Below are positions 18,122 through 27,490 of a stretch of 64,000 nucleotides of DNA, one piece after another (the stretch's first letter is position 1; every line of letters starts with the position of its first letter). The position numbers were made by a program, and so were the translations under genes. Location of the stretch: the IMG/VR virus record IMGVR_UViG_3300031722_000008, positions 96,541 to 160,540 of that record, one strand, 5' to 3'. Below the pieces are notes generated by a model, which was not told where the DNA came from, made no database searches, and was given only the letters and a program-made list of their open reading frames with translations. Source of the DNA: a virus.

Positions 18122-18331
18122 ATGAATAGTTTATTTTTAAAGAAAATTGGAAAGATAGCAATTGAAGGTGGAAAAATAATAATAATCGAAGGGATAATAA
18201 GTTTAGTTAGTCAAAGACTAAGAGAAACAAGTAGAACAAATTACAACAATGTAAAAGACAGCACAAGACAAGGAATAAATTTAACAAAGAATGAATTGAC
18301 AGGAGCAAGTCCAGAAGATTGGGATTTATAG
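18122..18331 (+). CDS. small amphipathic protein
   Basis: MNSLFLKKIGKIAIEGGKIIIIEGIISLV; GAGG RBS. Confidence 0.7.
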   Translation: MNSLFLKKIGKIAIEGGKIIIIEGIISLVSQRLRETSRTNYNNVKDSTRQGINLTKNELTGASPEDWDL

Positions 18332-18339
18332 TAAAACAT

Positions 18340-18369
18340 AAAACAGGAACGGTAAACGTTCCTGTTTTT
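18340..18369 (+). terminator. intrinsic terminator
   Basis: AAAACAGGAACG-gtaaa-CGTTCCTGTTTT. Confidence 0.85.
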
Positions 18370-18398
18370 CATTATTTAAAAATGGGAGGAAGATTAGT

Positions 18399-19205
18399 AT
18401 GCTAATGATGTTTGGCTCTGCTTTAAGGAGGGCACCATTTGAAAGAGCAATGCCTTTCAATGACAGCGATTTGATGATACTTGTAAATCCAGATTATGGA
18501 TTTAGATTGTGTAATATTACTACTGAAGATGGCGAAAAATTTGGGATTAAAAATTTCATGATATCAGAAACTGAGGTTTCTGGACAAAAGCCAAAAGATA
18601 TATTTGGGAAAAAGCCATTCGAAGAAAGAGTTAAAGAATTTGGTGAAATCTTTAATGGGAGAGTTGAAAGATTTTTTGAAACTGAGAAGAGCGACTATAT
18701 CTTCTTTGATTTAGAGGAACAAAAATATCTAAGAAAATTAATGTCCAAAAAAGGATTGAGTTGCTCTGTTGAGATATATAAGTATCATAAAAATAAACCA
18801 CCAGAAAAAATAGAGTATCTTGATTTGCCTTATGAAGAAGCAATCATGATAACTAAATTTTTATCATCGTGCAAAGTTAGAACTGTTTTAAATTGCAGAG
18901 ATTATTATTATATGAACAAGGCCAATCATGAAAAAAGTAGGGAAAGGCGTTCAAAATATAGTAATTTTAATAATAAAAGGGATAGTGAAATGGAAATTCT
19001 ATTCAATAGGTACAAGCAGTTAAGGGATTTGACAAGCAAAGAAAGAGTTGATAAGTATTTCAAGGCACTTACTGTTAAGTATCATCCTGACAGAGAGGGA
19101 GGTGACGCAGAAATATGCGCAACCATCAGAGAAGATTTTGGAAATATTAAGGAAGGCAGATGGTATATAAATCTTAAGGATAAAGAGGATGGGGGCGAAA
19201 AATAA
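18399..19205 (+). CDS. protein with C-terminal J-domain-like (HPD) module
   Basis: VDKYFKALTVKYHPDREGGDAEICATIREDF. Confidence 0.7.
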   Translation: MLMMFGSALRRAPFERAMPFNDSDLMILVNPDYGFRLCNITTEDGEKFGIKNFMISETEVSGQKPKDIFGKKPFEERVKEFGEIFNGRVERFFETEKSDYIFFDLEEQKYLRKLMSKKGLSCSVEIYKYHKNKPPEKIEYLDLPYEEAIMITKFLSSCKVRTVLNCRDYYYMNKANHEKSRERRSKYSNFNNKRDSEMEILFNRYKQLRDLTSKERVDKYFKALTVKYHPDREGGDAEICATIREDFGNIKEGRWYINLKDKEDGGEK

Positions 19206-19837
19206 TGAATATGGACGACATGATTAATCAGCTGAATCAGCAATATGAGGAAGTTGATTCCAAGGAAACTGTTAAAGAAGAGAAGATAGATCTCAATGAA
19301 ATATTAAAAGCTAATGAAATTACCGAGAAATGGTTGGATGAAGAAAGAGAGTTCCAAAAGAATTCTAAGGATGATAATTTCAGTAAAGATGCATTTACTA
19401 AGAAAAGAAGTTCTTCTTATGAGAAGAAAGAGGAAAAGAAAGAGGAGAAACGAAGTTCGTATGGTTATTATAAGAGCAGTGAAGACGAAAAGAAATCCTC
19501 ATATAGCAGCAAGTACAGTTCTTCATCTTCTTCAAAGAAGAGTTCTGACGATATTTTCTATGAGAAAGTGGAAAATGCATTTATTGAAAAAGTAAATAAA
19601 ATGGTGGATGGATTATTCGATAAGAATCTAAATAAAATAGAACATGAAGGCGAGTGGGATATGCTAGACCTTCAATATGAACTTAACAGAAAAAGGATTA
19701 CTGATAGGGATTATGAGGATAAAATCATCACAAAAGAATTTAATAAAGCTATGGAAAAGCATAGCAATAGTTGTTCAAGAAAAGTTGATATAGCCGAATT
19801 AATGATACTATTAAAAGTTAATCCACATAGATATTAA
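19205..19837 (+). CDS. hypothetical charged, Ser-rich low-complexity protein
   Basis: 210 aa with K/E/S-rich centre; translationally coupled to the upstream gene. Confidence 0.7.
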   Translation: MNMDDMINQLNQQYEEVDSKETVKEEKIDLNEILKANEITEKWLDEEREFQKNSKDDNFSKDAFTKKRSSSYEKKEEKKEEKRSSYGYYKSSEDEKKSSYSSKYSSSSSSKKSSDDIFYEKVENAFIEKVNKMVDGLFDKNLNKIEHEGEWDMLDLQYELNRKRITDRDYEDKIITKEFNKAMEKHSNSCSRKVDIAELMILLKVNPHRY

Positions 19838-19858
19838 TAAAATTTAGGAGGAATTGTA

Positions 19859-20152
19859 ATGGGTTTTTTAAAGAAGATAGGTAAAAGAATAACAGGCAAT
19901 GTAAAAAAAGATATTGATTATTTGAGAGGTGAGGGGGCTGATGAAAAGGCTGACCTAGTTTATGACAGAATCAAATCTTTCCTTTCAGGTGGATGGAATA
20001 TAATGATAGACAAGATAGTTAATTTATTGTTAAAATCAGCAGAGAAAGATGTTAGAATAATAATATCAGAATGTAAGGCTCATGGTGTTGATCCATATGA
20101 ACGTTTTCCAGCAAATTTAAGAGATAAATTGAAAAAGAATTACGCAATGTAA
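19859..20152 (+). CDS. hypothetical protein with amphipathic N-terminus
   Basis: AGGAGG RBS; MGFLKKIGKRITG. Confidence 0.7.
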   Translation: MGFLKKIGKRITGNVKKDIDYLRGEGADEKADLVYDRIKSFLSGGWNIMIDKIVNLLLKSAEKDVRIIISECKAHGVDPYERFPANLRDKLKKNYAM

Positions 20153-20185
20153 TTCTTTTTCAATGAGGGGTGGGGTGTTTAGTAA

Positions 20186-20371
20186 GTGACAAAAGAGAAC
20201 AGCAATGACAACAAAATTATCCCCAAAGATATTACCTCAAAACTATTAAGCATAATCCTAATAGCAATAGGAAATGTTCTCATCATTGTAGGGGAAAACT
20301 TAATAGAAAAAGGTAAGGGGAATCTAAATCTGGATCGATACAGTGATGATTTTCTTTCAGACAATAAATAG
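20186..20371 (+). CDS. small membrane protein
   Basis: GTG start after G-rich RBS; hydrophobic LLSIILIAIGNVLIIVG. Confidence 0.55.
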   Translation: MTKENSNDNKIIPKDITSKLLSIILIAIGNVLIIVGENLIEKGKGNLNLDRYSDDFLSDNK

Positions 20372-20388
20372 TTAGAGGAGGAGAAATT

Positions 20389-22371
20389 TTGTTAGTACTT
20401 AAAGTCGAGGGGAAATTCAAGATACTGAAAATAGAATGCTCAGCTGGCATGGCCAGCGACGTTCTATTTTCGCTTTCTGAAATCCCAAAAGAAGTTGATA
20501 CAACAAATAACAATGTCTGTACAATACTTATCGACATGAAATATATCGATAAGTGTAACACTACTCTTAATAAATATAAGGGCAGTGTGAAATTTGATAG
20601 TAGTTTTCTTGAATGGAAGAAAAAATTCCATAAGAAAACACCAATACTAATCAGAAGCGCAGTTATAAATACCAAAATATATAGAAGTCCTGATTTCGAA
20701 GTACCACATCAAGCAATAGAAGATGCAACGAAATACTTTTTTAAACCTGCAGTAAATATGAAATCTTATAAAGACAAGAAGTGGGATGGATATGTAAAAT
20801 TATACGAGAGAAGATTCTATAAGTTCCCAACAGGACTAATAGACAGAGTTTTAGAGGTATTTGATAAAGAAGAAATACCATATACATTAGAACATGTGCA
20901 TGATGAGAGTCCACCTAAAGAATTTGATTGGGAACCAAAAGAACTATTTGTTCCATCGGAAGACCAATTAGAAGCTGTTGATATTTGCATGAAATATGGA
21001 AGAGGAGTAGTTAAGGCAGCCACAGGATTTGGTAAAACTGCAATGCTTGCGAGATACTTAACTGCAAGTCATGGTGTTCCTACCCTCTTTATAGCCAATA
21101 AGAAGATACTTTTAGATGATGCAGCCAATGACTTTAGAAATGGAATAGAGGGTCTCCTTGAGGGTGATATAGCTCAAATTAAGGATGGTAAGTTTGGTGA
21201 TATTAATTTGAGAAAGAAAGAAAGTTTTACTCAATATGATTTAGATAATGCACTGTCAGATAAAAAGATAATCGTAGCAACAATACAAAGTCTACATGCA
21301 AGAGTGGAGGATACAAAAACTAGGGGTGCATTAATTCATTGGCTTCATAATACTTGTAAGTTTGTGATGATTGATGAGAGCCAAGCTATCAATGATAAGC
21401 AATGGCAAGATGTATTGAATGAAGTAAGAGCGCCATATAGAATTGCCCTATCTGCTACACCAAGACGTACAGATGGAGCTACATTACTCATAGCAGCACA
21501 ATCAGGACCACTAATATATGAAACTACTGCTGATGAACAAATAAGAAAAGGTAGACTCTGTGATTTAAAAATTGATTGTTGGCCATTCGATCATAAGCTA
21601 TATAACGACAATGACAAGGAACTTAACTATGCAGAAGTGTATACTCAATGTATAGTTGAGAATGAAGAGAGAAATAGATTCTTAATTGAGAGAACTTTAG
21701 AAATGTTAGATGAGGAAAGGCAAGTATTAATGTTAGTCCTTAGGATAGAACATGGACATATACTAAAAGAAATGCTACTAGAGAAAGGATTGAGTTTAGA
21801 TGAAGTTAACTTCGTATGGGGGGATACACCAGATAAGGTTAGAACAAAAGCCGTTGAAGACTTTAGAAAAGGGAAATACAAAATACTTATCGGAAGCACC
21901 GTTGCTGATGCCGGACTCAATATCCCCTCCATCTCTGGAGTCATACTCTGCGGAGCTGGAAATTCTGACATCACGCATATACAACGGATTGGGCGTGGAT
22001 CAAGAACTTTTGACTACCTCAAAAACTGGGGCTTCGAACCTAAATTTATCCATGATGCAAATGGAGAAAAGATTACGAGAATCATTGATCCAATTGATAT
22101 TAACATCGCCTTTTTTAAGAAGCAATCTAAAAATAGATACTATAATGCCTGTGAAGAGTTCGGAGCCGATAGAGTCCATCTGATAGGTGTTGACGCGTCT
22201 ATATTTAGATACAGAAGTAAAAAGACGGAAAGCAAAAAAGATATCGATGACCAAAAAGCATTAGAAGATATGTTTAATGCATTCAGTGGCGTAGATAATG
22301 AGGAAACCGAGGAAAATACTATGAGTCAAAATGATGCAGTTGATAATTTCATAAGTATATTCAAAAGGTAG
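20389..22371 (+). CDS. superfamily 2 DNA helicase (UvsW/XPB-like)
   Basis: AATGFGKT, MIDESQ, ALSATP, DAGLNIP, QRIGRGSR. Confidence 0.92.
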   Translation: MLVLKVEGKFKILKIECSAGMASDVLFSLSEIPKEVDTTNNNVCTILIDMKYIDKCNTTLNKYKGSVKFDSSFLEWKKKFHKKTPILIRSAVINTKIYRSPDFEVPHQAIEDATKYFFKPAVNMKSYKDKKWDGYVKLYERRFYKFPTGLIDRVLEVFDKEEIPYTLEHVHDESPPKEFDWEPKELFVPSEDQLEAVDICMKYGRGVVKAATGFGKTAMLARYLTASHGVPTLFIANKKILLDDAANDFRNGIEGLLEGDIAQIKDGKFGDINLRKKESFTQYDLDNALSDKKIIVATIQSLHARVEDTKTRGALIHWLHNTCKFVMIDESQAINDKQWQDVLNEVRAPYRIALSATPRRTDGATLLIAAQSGPLIYETTADEQIRKGRLCDLKIDCWPFDHKLYNDNDKELNYAEVYTQCIVENEERNRFLIERTLEMLDEERQVLMLVLRIEHGHILKEMLLEKGLSLDEVNFVWGDTPDKVRTKAVEDFRKGKYKILIGSTVADAGLNIPSISGVILCGAGNSDITHIQRIGRGSRTFDYLKNWGFEPKFIHDANGEKITRIIDPIDINIAFFKKQSKNRYYNACEEFGADRVHLIGVDASIFRYRSKKTESKKDIDDQKALEDMFNAFSGVDNEETEENTMSQNDAVDNFISIFKR

Positions 22372-22382
22372 GAGGGATTAAT

Positions 22383-22610
22383 TTGAGTAAAGTATGTCTT
22401 CATTCAATATGGAAATGTATAGATAATGATGATGAGATGTATGAAAGATATTGCATTGTAAAAAGTATAGATGATGATCCTGATTATAATGGAGAAGGAA
22501 CCATAGAATTATTATATGCTAATAATATCAGGAGTTATGGTAAGGTGCGTAGATTCATGCCGGGCATAACTCATAGATTTATAAAGATGTACGAGGGTAG
22601 GAGGGATTAA
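22383..22610 (+). CDS. hypothetical protein
   Basis: AGGAGG RBS, TTG start. Confidence 0.6.
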   Translation: MSKVCLHSIWKCIDNDDEMYERYCIVKSIDDDPDYNGEGTIELLYANNIRSYGKVRRFMPGITHRFIKMYEGRRD

Positions 22611-22611
22611 T

Positions 22612-23289
22612 ATGGACATTGAATTAGAAATGGAGCGTTTCACTTTTAAATTAGATTCTATTCATATTCAGTCAACATGTTCAAAATTTGATGATATAAA
22701 AAGGAGTTTGGACATTTTCAAGAAGAGTACTCTTCTTGAAAATGTCTTCGAAGCTCACCTAAAGGATAATTTAATTAAACAAATAAAAAGAGATTCTTAT
22801 TGGAGATACAAAAAATATTTAGAAAATCACCTGGACGAGATTTTAGAGAAAGCAAAGTCATGCTATGTATTCCGCATGGATACTGAATTATCGAGATCAT
22901 ATTGGATTGATGGAGAGAGTGATAATCATTACAATGAATATGATATTACCAATATGTGTTCAACGAACGAATGGTTTTATGAACGCGAAGATGGTAGCAC
23001 AATCATCGTATATGATTTGAATGGCGATATTAAGGCGACATTCAAAATTAAGATAGATAGTCAGCGTACCTTTACTGGTAATTGGATTAGTCATCAAGAT
23101 TTTATATTTACTTATATTCCCGAAGGAATTATTGGTAACGAGGAAACAGATAGTTTTAAAGCAGGTTATTTAGATGGTTTTAGAGTTAGGAAATTTCGCA
23201 CTAGACCATGTCCACAATATCCGCGTGGATACGAAAAAATGGACCAAGAAGAATATGACAGAGGATACAATAAAGGATTGGAGGGATAA
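22612..23289 (+). CDS. hypothetical protein
   Basis: 225 aa with RBS; C-terminal FKAGYLDG / YDRGYNKG helices. Confidence 0.7.
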   Translation: MDIELEMERFTFKLDSIHIQSTCSKFDDIKRSLDIFKKSTLLENVFEAHLKDNLIKQIKRDSYWRYKKYLENHLDEILEKAKSCYVFRMDTELSRSYWIDGESDNHYNEYDITNMCSTNEWFYEREDGSTIIVYDLNGDIKATFKIKIDSQRTFTGNWISHQDFIFTYIPEGIIGNEETDSFKAGYLDGFRVRKFRTRPCPQYPRGYEKMDQEEYDRGYNKGLEG

Positions 23290-23293
23290 ATAA

Positions 23294-23635
23294 ATGAATC
23301 AAGATATGGAAATAAAATTCAATGATTATGAAAAAGAAAAAGTGGGGGAAATATTTGAAAAGCATATAGCTAAAACTACATTAAATATCGAAGGAATAGA
23401 AGGCAAGCTAATTAACGGAAAAAGAAAATATGGACTTAAATGGGACTTAGTTAAATTATATAAGGATGAAAAATTTTTAGAGGGACATATTGATATGACA
23501 AGGATAGGAGCATTAAATTCCATATTAAAAGATATGATATGCCTAAATAATGATGACAATGAATCATTATTTGAAGAAGTAAAAATAACAAAGGAATATA
23601 TAACTGGTATAATCAATGATGAATACTTTAAATAA
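23294..23635 (+). CDS. hypothetical protein
   Basis: 113 aa, GGAGG RBS. Confidence 0.7.
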   Translation: MNQDMEIKFNDYEKEKVGEIFEKHIAKTTLNIEGIEGKLINGKRKYGLKWDLVKLYKDEKFLEGHIDMTRIGALNSILKDMICLNNDDNESLFEEVKITKEYITGIINDEYFK

Positions 23636-23657
23636 ATGATGGTGGGGGATATAAAAA

Positions 23658-24794
23658 ATGAAACAAAAATTTGAATTAACATTAACAAGTAAGTATGCTG
23701 CTGAGTGGGGAATACAAGATGCTCTTAGGGAATTTATGCAAAACTGCTATGACCAATCTAAAAAGCAAGAGGGTAATGATTGGGGAGTTCATTATGATAA
23801 AGATACGCAATCATTATTTATCACTAATAAAAAATCAGTTCTCAAAAAACAATCATTACTTCTTGGATATACAACAAAGCAAGATGATGATGAAACTATA
23901 GGACAATTTGGAGAAGGATATAAGATAGCTCTATTAGTACTTACAAGGCTAGAGAAAACAGTAACTATTTATACTGGTGAGGCTAATAAAAAAGAAGAAT
24001 GGTCGTCTAGATTTGTTACTTCCAAAAGGTATAATTATGAGAAGATATTAACAGTATTTGTTGATACAGACACTAAGCAAAATTATGATAATAATCTAAC
24101 TATAAAAATAGATAATATAACTGAAGACGAATATAATGATTTTACTTCAAGAGTATTACATCTTCAAAAGGATGTAGGTGAATTTTTAACGTGTAGCGAA
24201 GGAGAGATATTATTAGGCGAAAAACACAAAGGAAAGATATACGTAAATGGATTATATGTAAGTAAAATAAAAGATTTCCTTTTTGGTTATGATATAAAAC
24301 CTGCTTATCTTAAAATAGGCAGAGATAGAAACCTAGTTGATTCTTTTGATATACAATTTCAGACTTCTAGAATGTGGAAGCAACATAACAATGAAAAACT
24401 AGCAATAATGATATCAGCACAATCTCCAGATATAAAATATATATGGTTGCCTGGAGAAGAAAATGTAGAAGAACTAAAAACAGTAAGTGATGATGTCTAT
24501 GAAGAGATTAAAAAGGAAAACGAGGATAAAGATATATATCCAGTAACAAACCAAGAAGAATATAATATGGCTAAAGAAGCTTACCCTAGTGCAACTCCTG
24601 TTATTGTAAATGAACTTCAAAAGAAAGTAATAAATAATAGCGAGAAATTTAAGGAGAAAGTCGCTTCTTACAAAAAGGAAGAGACTTCTCCAATTAAAGA
24701 ATATGAATTATGGAAAAATAAATATATGGGTGAGAGAGTTTATCAAACGGCATTTAGGGAACTTGATGATATTATAGAAAGAATAATGAAGTAG
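23658..24794 (+). CDS. GHKL (Hsp90/MutL-type) ATPase-domain protein
   Basis: N-box ALREFMQNCYD; G-box LGYTTK...IGQFGEGYKIALL. Confidence 0.8.
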   Translation: MKQKFELTLTSKYAAEWGIQDALREFMQNCYDQSKKQEGNDWGVHYDKDTQSLFITNKKSVLKKQSLLLGYTTKQDDDETIGQFGEGYKIALLVLTRLEKTVTIYTGEANKKEEWSSRFVTSKRYNYEKILTVFVDTDTKQNYDNNLTIKIDNITEDEYNDFTSRVLHLQKDVGEFLTCSEGEILLGEKHKGKIYVNGLYVSKIKDFLFGYDIKPAYLKIGRDRNLVDSFDIQFQTSRMWKQHNNEKLAIMISAQSPDIKYIWLPGEENVEELKTVSDDVYEEIKKENEDKDIYPVTNQEEYNMAKEAYPSATPVIVNELQKKVINNSEKFKEKVASYKKEETSPIKEYELWKNKYMGERVYQTAFRELDDIIERIMK

Positions 24795-24805
24795 GAGATA
24801 ATGAG

Positions 24806-24922
24806 ATGCTGAATTATAGTCAGAGGTATTGTGAGAAATGCAAAAAATGGTATATACCTAAAGATTTATCAGAATGTATGAGATGCTCTATATGTAATGG
24901 TGAGGTACATGGAGATGAGTGA
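24806..24922 (+). CDS. 38-aa zinc-ribbon protein (not in ORF track)
   Basis: AGGAG RBS; MLNYSQRYCEKCKKWYIPKDLSECMRCSICNGEVHGDE*; fills the intergenic gap. Confidence 0.6.
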   Translation: MLNYSQRYCEKCKKWYIPKDLSECMRCSICNGEVHGDE

Positions 24923-24933
24923 GGTGAGAGTAG

Positions 24934-25428
24934 ATGAGAATATTAAATGATATAATTGCAGATCTAAAAGAAGGAAAAGAAGTAGAATATGAAGAAGCAA
25001 GGCTAGCGGCGATTGTGTATTCTAATCTTTTATTCTTTGCTAATAATAACATAAAACAATTACTAGGAACCAAAAATCCACTTGTAAAATCTTTAGTTGA
25101 AGAAGACTATATCCGAAGACATCACAATGCACTTAAAAAATCTCCAGAGGAATGGCTTGGCAATGACCACCCCGACAACGAGGAGCATAAGAAGTTCATG
25201 GAGATTGGAAATAAAATATTTGACCATGTTATAGAGAAGATAATGAAGGATCAAATGATTGTAGATGAAAAAAGAAGAGAAGAAAGTGTTCCACTTAAAC
25301 CATATAATATACATCATTCTAATAATACTACGATTGGATTATGTCCTTCATGTGATACAAGAGTCAGGAATGGTATAGGTGGCAGAGATGAAGAATGTCC
25401 TAGATGTAAAAGAAAGATGAAGTGGTAG
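24934..25428 (+). CDS. hypothetical protein with C-terminal zinc ribbon
   Basis: CPSC...CPRCKRKMKW. Confidence 0.7.
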   Translation: MRILNDIIADLKEGKEVEYEEARLAAIVYSNLLFFANNNIKQLLGTKNPLVKSLVEEDYIRRHHNALKKSPEEWLGNDHPDNEEHKKFMEIGNKIFDHVIEKIMKDQMIVDEKRREESVPLKPYNIHHSNNTTIGLCPSCDTRVRNGIGGRDEECPRCKRKMKW

Positions 25429-25437
25429 GAGGCATAT

Positions 25438-26136
25438 ATGAATAATAAAATCAAAAATAAAAGAACAAGAAGAAAGAGAGAATTGCAAGCTAAGGAGAGA
25501 GTGCAGTTCTCTCTTGAGCAAAAAAGGATAGATGAAAATATAGCGAAGGCATCGTTACTAGGATATGATATGAGCGTTAAAGCGATTAACTATGAAGATA
25601 GTCCGATTATAGGAGTAGATTGGGGTAGAGAAGAAAGTTATAGTGTTCCAGTAACAACATTGAGAGGTAAGGCGTATCCTGGATGGATTGATGATGCTTC
25701 ATTCATGGCTGACAAAGAAATTCAAAAGGCTATGGAGATATTACAGAATCAAGGCGTTGCGTTCCATGCTAGCACTGATAAATATGTGAGGGAAGAAATT
25801 ATAGTTCATGCAGTACAATATAACCTCAGTAAAGGAAGAGGATTGGAAGATGGATTTACATTGGAAGATTATATGTCCGAAAAAGTTAATCTTTACAATA
25901 AAGCATTTTCTAGCTTTGGACATATAACAAAAGTTCCTGAACTATTTACTGATGAAAATCTAAAGAGATTAGTTTTTCCGTATATAATAGATAAGGATAA
26001 GAAAACTGTATATATAGAAAAGGATGATTATATTGTTATTGATAATGAGGGAAATAAAGGTCTTATAAACAAGGAAGATTTTGAAAAGAATTTTAGGAGG
26101 GCTAGGCTTTATGAAGAAGTCAAAGAAAGATTATGA
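25438..26136 (+). CDS. hypothetical protein with a C-terminal small beta domain common in phages
   Basis: KYVREEIIVHAVQY...KDDYIVIDNEG...KEDFEKNFR. Confidence 0.65.
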   Translation: MNNKIKNKRTRRKRELQAKERVQFSLEQKRIDENIAKASLLGYDMSVKAINYEDSPIIGVDWGREESYSVPVTTLRGKAYPGWIDDASFMADKEIQKAMEILQNQGVAFHASTDKYVREEIIVHAVQYNLSKGRGLEDGFTLEDYMSEKVNLYNKAFSSFGHITKVPELFTDENLKRLVFPYIIDKDKKTVYIEKDDYIVIDNEGNKGLINKEDFEKNFRRARLYEEVKERL

Positions 26137-26275
26137 AAACTTTCTAAATGAATTAGGAATACCTAATAGCGATTTAATAAGCAATGGAGGAAGAATAAGG
26201 GATGGAAGTAAATATGGCTCATGGCTTCGTAGAAATGACTCTATTGCTTTTGAGGTTGGTTATAGGGAATGGTAA
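26111..26275 (+). CDS. hypothetical protein
   Basis: AGGAGG RBS then MKKSKKDYENFLN...YGSWLRRNDSIAFEVGYREW. Confidence 0.65.
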   Translation: MKKSKKDYENFLNELGIPNSDLISNGGRIRDGSKYGSWLRRNDSIAFEVGYREW

Positions 26276-26354
26276 AATAAATATATACAAAGCTAATAAC
26301 AAATGTTAAAATTGGCTTAGATAGAATTAAATGTTAAACGGAGGGGTATGAAAA

Positions 26355-26798
26355 GTGAGTAATGAAGTTTCAATACAAGATGAAGTAAAAGTTGATACCG
26401 AAAGTAATATTGAAATTGAAATAAAAGAAAAGGTCTTCGCTAGGATGTGTCAAATACTTGACGAAAAGGGCATATTAATTCCTGGGATAATAGTTGAAAA
26501 CAAAAAGAAAGAGAAGAAATCAATAACAGTTCCTTTTAATGAATATGATAAGATAGAGAGATATATCAAAGAATCTTTCTTTGAGGAAACAAAAAAGGAC
26601 ATTAGTTTCTTTTCTAAAGATTTAATAGATAGAATAACAGTGTTAATGATTCTTGAACATCATACTAAGTGTGAAGCCATCGATACATTAGATGATATAA
26701 TTGACGCAATTATAAATCCAATGATTCTTAAAGGTAAAACAATTGAAGCTAGAGAAGATGAAAAAGGTATGTTTGTAATGTATACATTAAATAAATAA
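26355..26798 (+). CDS. hypothetical protein
   Basis: 147 aa, GGAGG RBS, GTG start. Confidence 0.7.
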   Translation: MSNEVSIQDEVKVDTESNIEIEIKEKVFARMCQILDEKGILIPGIIVENKKKEKKSITVPFNEYDKIERYIKESFFEETKKDISFFSKDLIDRITVLMILEHHTKCEAIDTLDDIIDAIINPMILKGKTIEAREDEKGMFVMYTLNK

Positions 26799-26801
26799 AA
26801 A

Positions 26802-27029
26802 ATGGGGGTTTTGGACATGAGTGCAACAAAAAAACAAGAAAAGGTTAATTGCTCATGTCCTTTATGTAATTCTATGTCAAAATTACTAAAGGGAAATACA
26901 AGAAAAACTTTTTTTTGTGACCAATGTTGCATTGAGTTCAAAACCGACGATAAGTACAAAGTGGTCAATGTGTTTCGTGTAACAGAAAATGGAGATGTAG
27001 AAGAGGTAAAGGACTGGAAAAAAAAATAG
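26802..27029 (+). CDS. zinc-ribbon protein
   Basis: CPLC...FFCDQC; true start may be ATG 26817. Confidence 0.7.
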   Translation: MGVLDMSATKKQEKVNCSCPLCNSMSKLLKGNTRKTFFCDQCCIEFKTDDKYKVVNVFRVTENGDVEEVKDWKKK

Positions 27030-27054
27030 AGCGGCATTGCCGCTCTATTTTTTT
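27020..27054. terminator. bidirectional terminator at the convergence of the two gene blocks
   Basis: AAAAAAATAGAGCGGCA-t-TGCCGCTCTATTTTTTT. Confidence 0.9.
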
Positions 27055-27057
27055 CGC

Positions 27058-27423
27058 TTACTTATTCTCTATATTTTTATCTGTATCTGATTCTCCAACC
27101 ATAAGTGTACCAAAAGAACTTCCTATATTTAATGCAGCTGATTCCAGTAAAGCTTCTATCTGTTCATCAGTTAATTTGCCTCCGAACATCTTAGTCATAA
27201 ACTTAACAACATAGTCTTTCTTAAGGCTACTCTTATCGTCACCAGTATACTTCTGATACATTTTCTCAGCAGCTTCAGCTGCAATGCCTGCCCATGATTT
27301 ATATTTATTAAGATTTTCTGCACCAATCTTTTTTACTATAAATGGCACAGCAGTTACGCCTGCAACAGATACTACTAATTTGATTATAAGATTTGAAATT
27401 TCATATATTTGATCACTTGTCAT
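27058..27423 (-). CDS. holin (LL-H-like family)
   Basis: Single N-terminal TM, WAGIAAEAAEKMY...KKDYV...QIEALLESA; adjacent to endolysin. Confidence 0.75.
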   Translation of the reverse strand: MTSDQIYEISNLIIKLVVSVAGVTAVPFIVKKIGAENLNKYKSWAGIAAEAAEKMYQKYTGDDKSSLKKDYVVKFMTKMFGGKLTDEQIEALLESAALNIGSSFGTLMVGESDTDKNIENK

Positions 27424-27457
27424 AATGAATTACCTCCTAAATTTTATTCTATAGATA

Positions 27458-27485
27458 ATTATATCACAACATGTTTCAGAATCAA
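27458..27485 (-). promoter_or_regulatory. sigmaA-like promoter upstream of holin
   Basis: On - strand TTGATT-16 nt-TATAAT with a TG extension. Confidence 0.55.
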
Positions 27486-27490
27486 TGATT

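Noticed and set aside
26301-26338. Direct repeat AAATGTTAAA x2 in an intergenic gap
   Set aside because: A 10-bp AT-rich match is weak evidence in this genome; it may just be promoter sequence.
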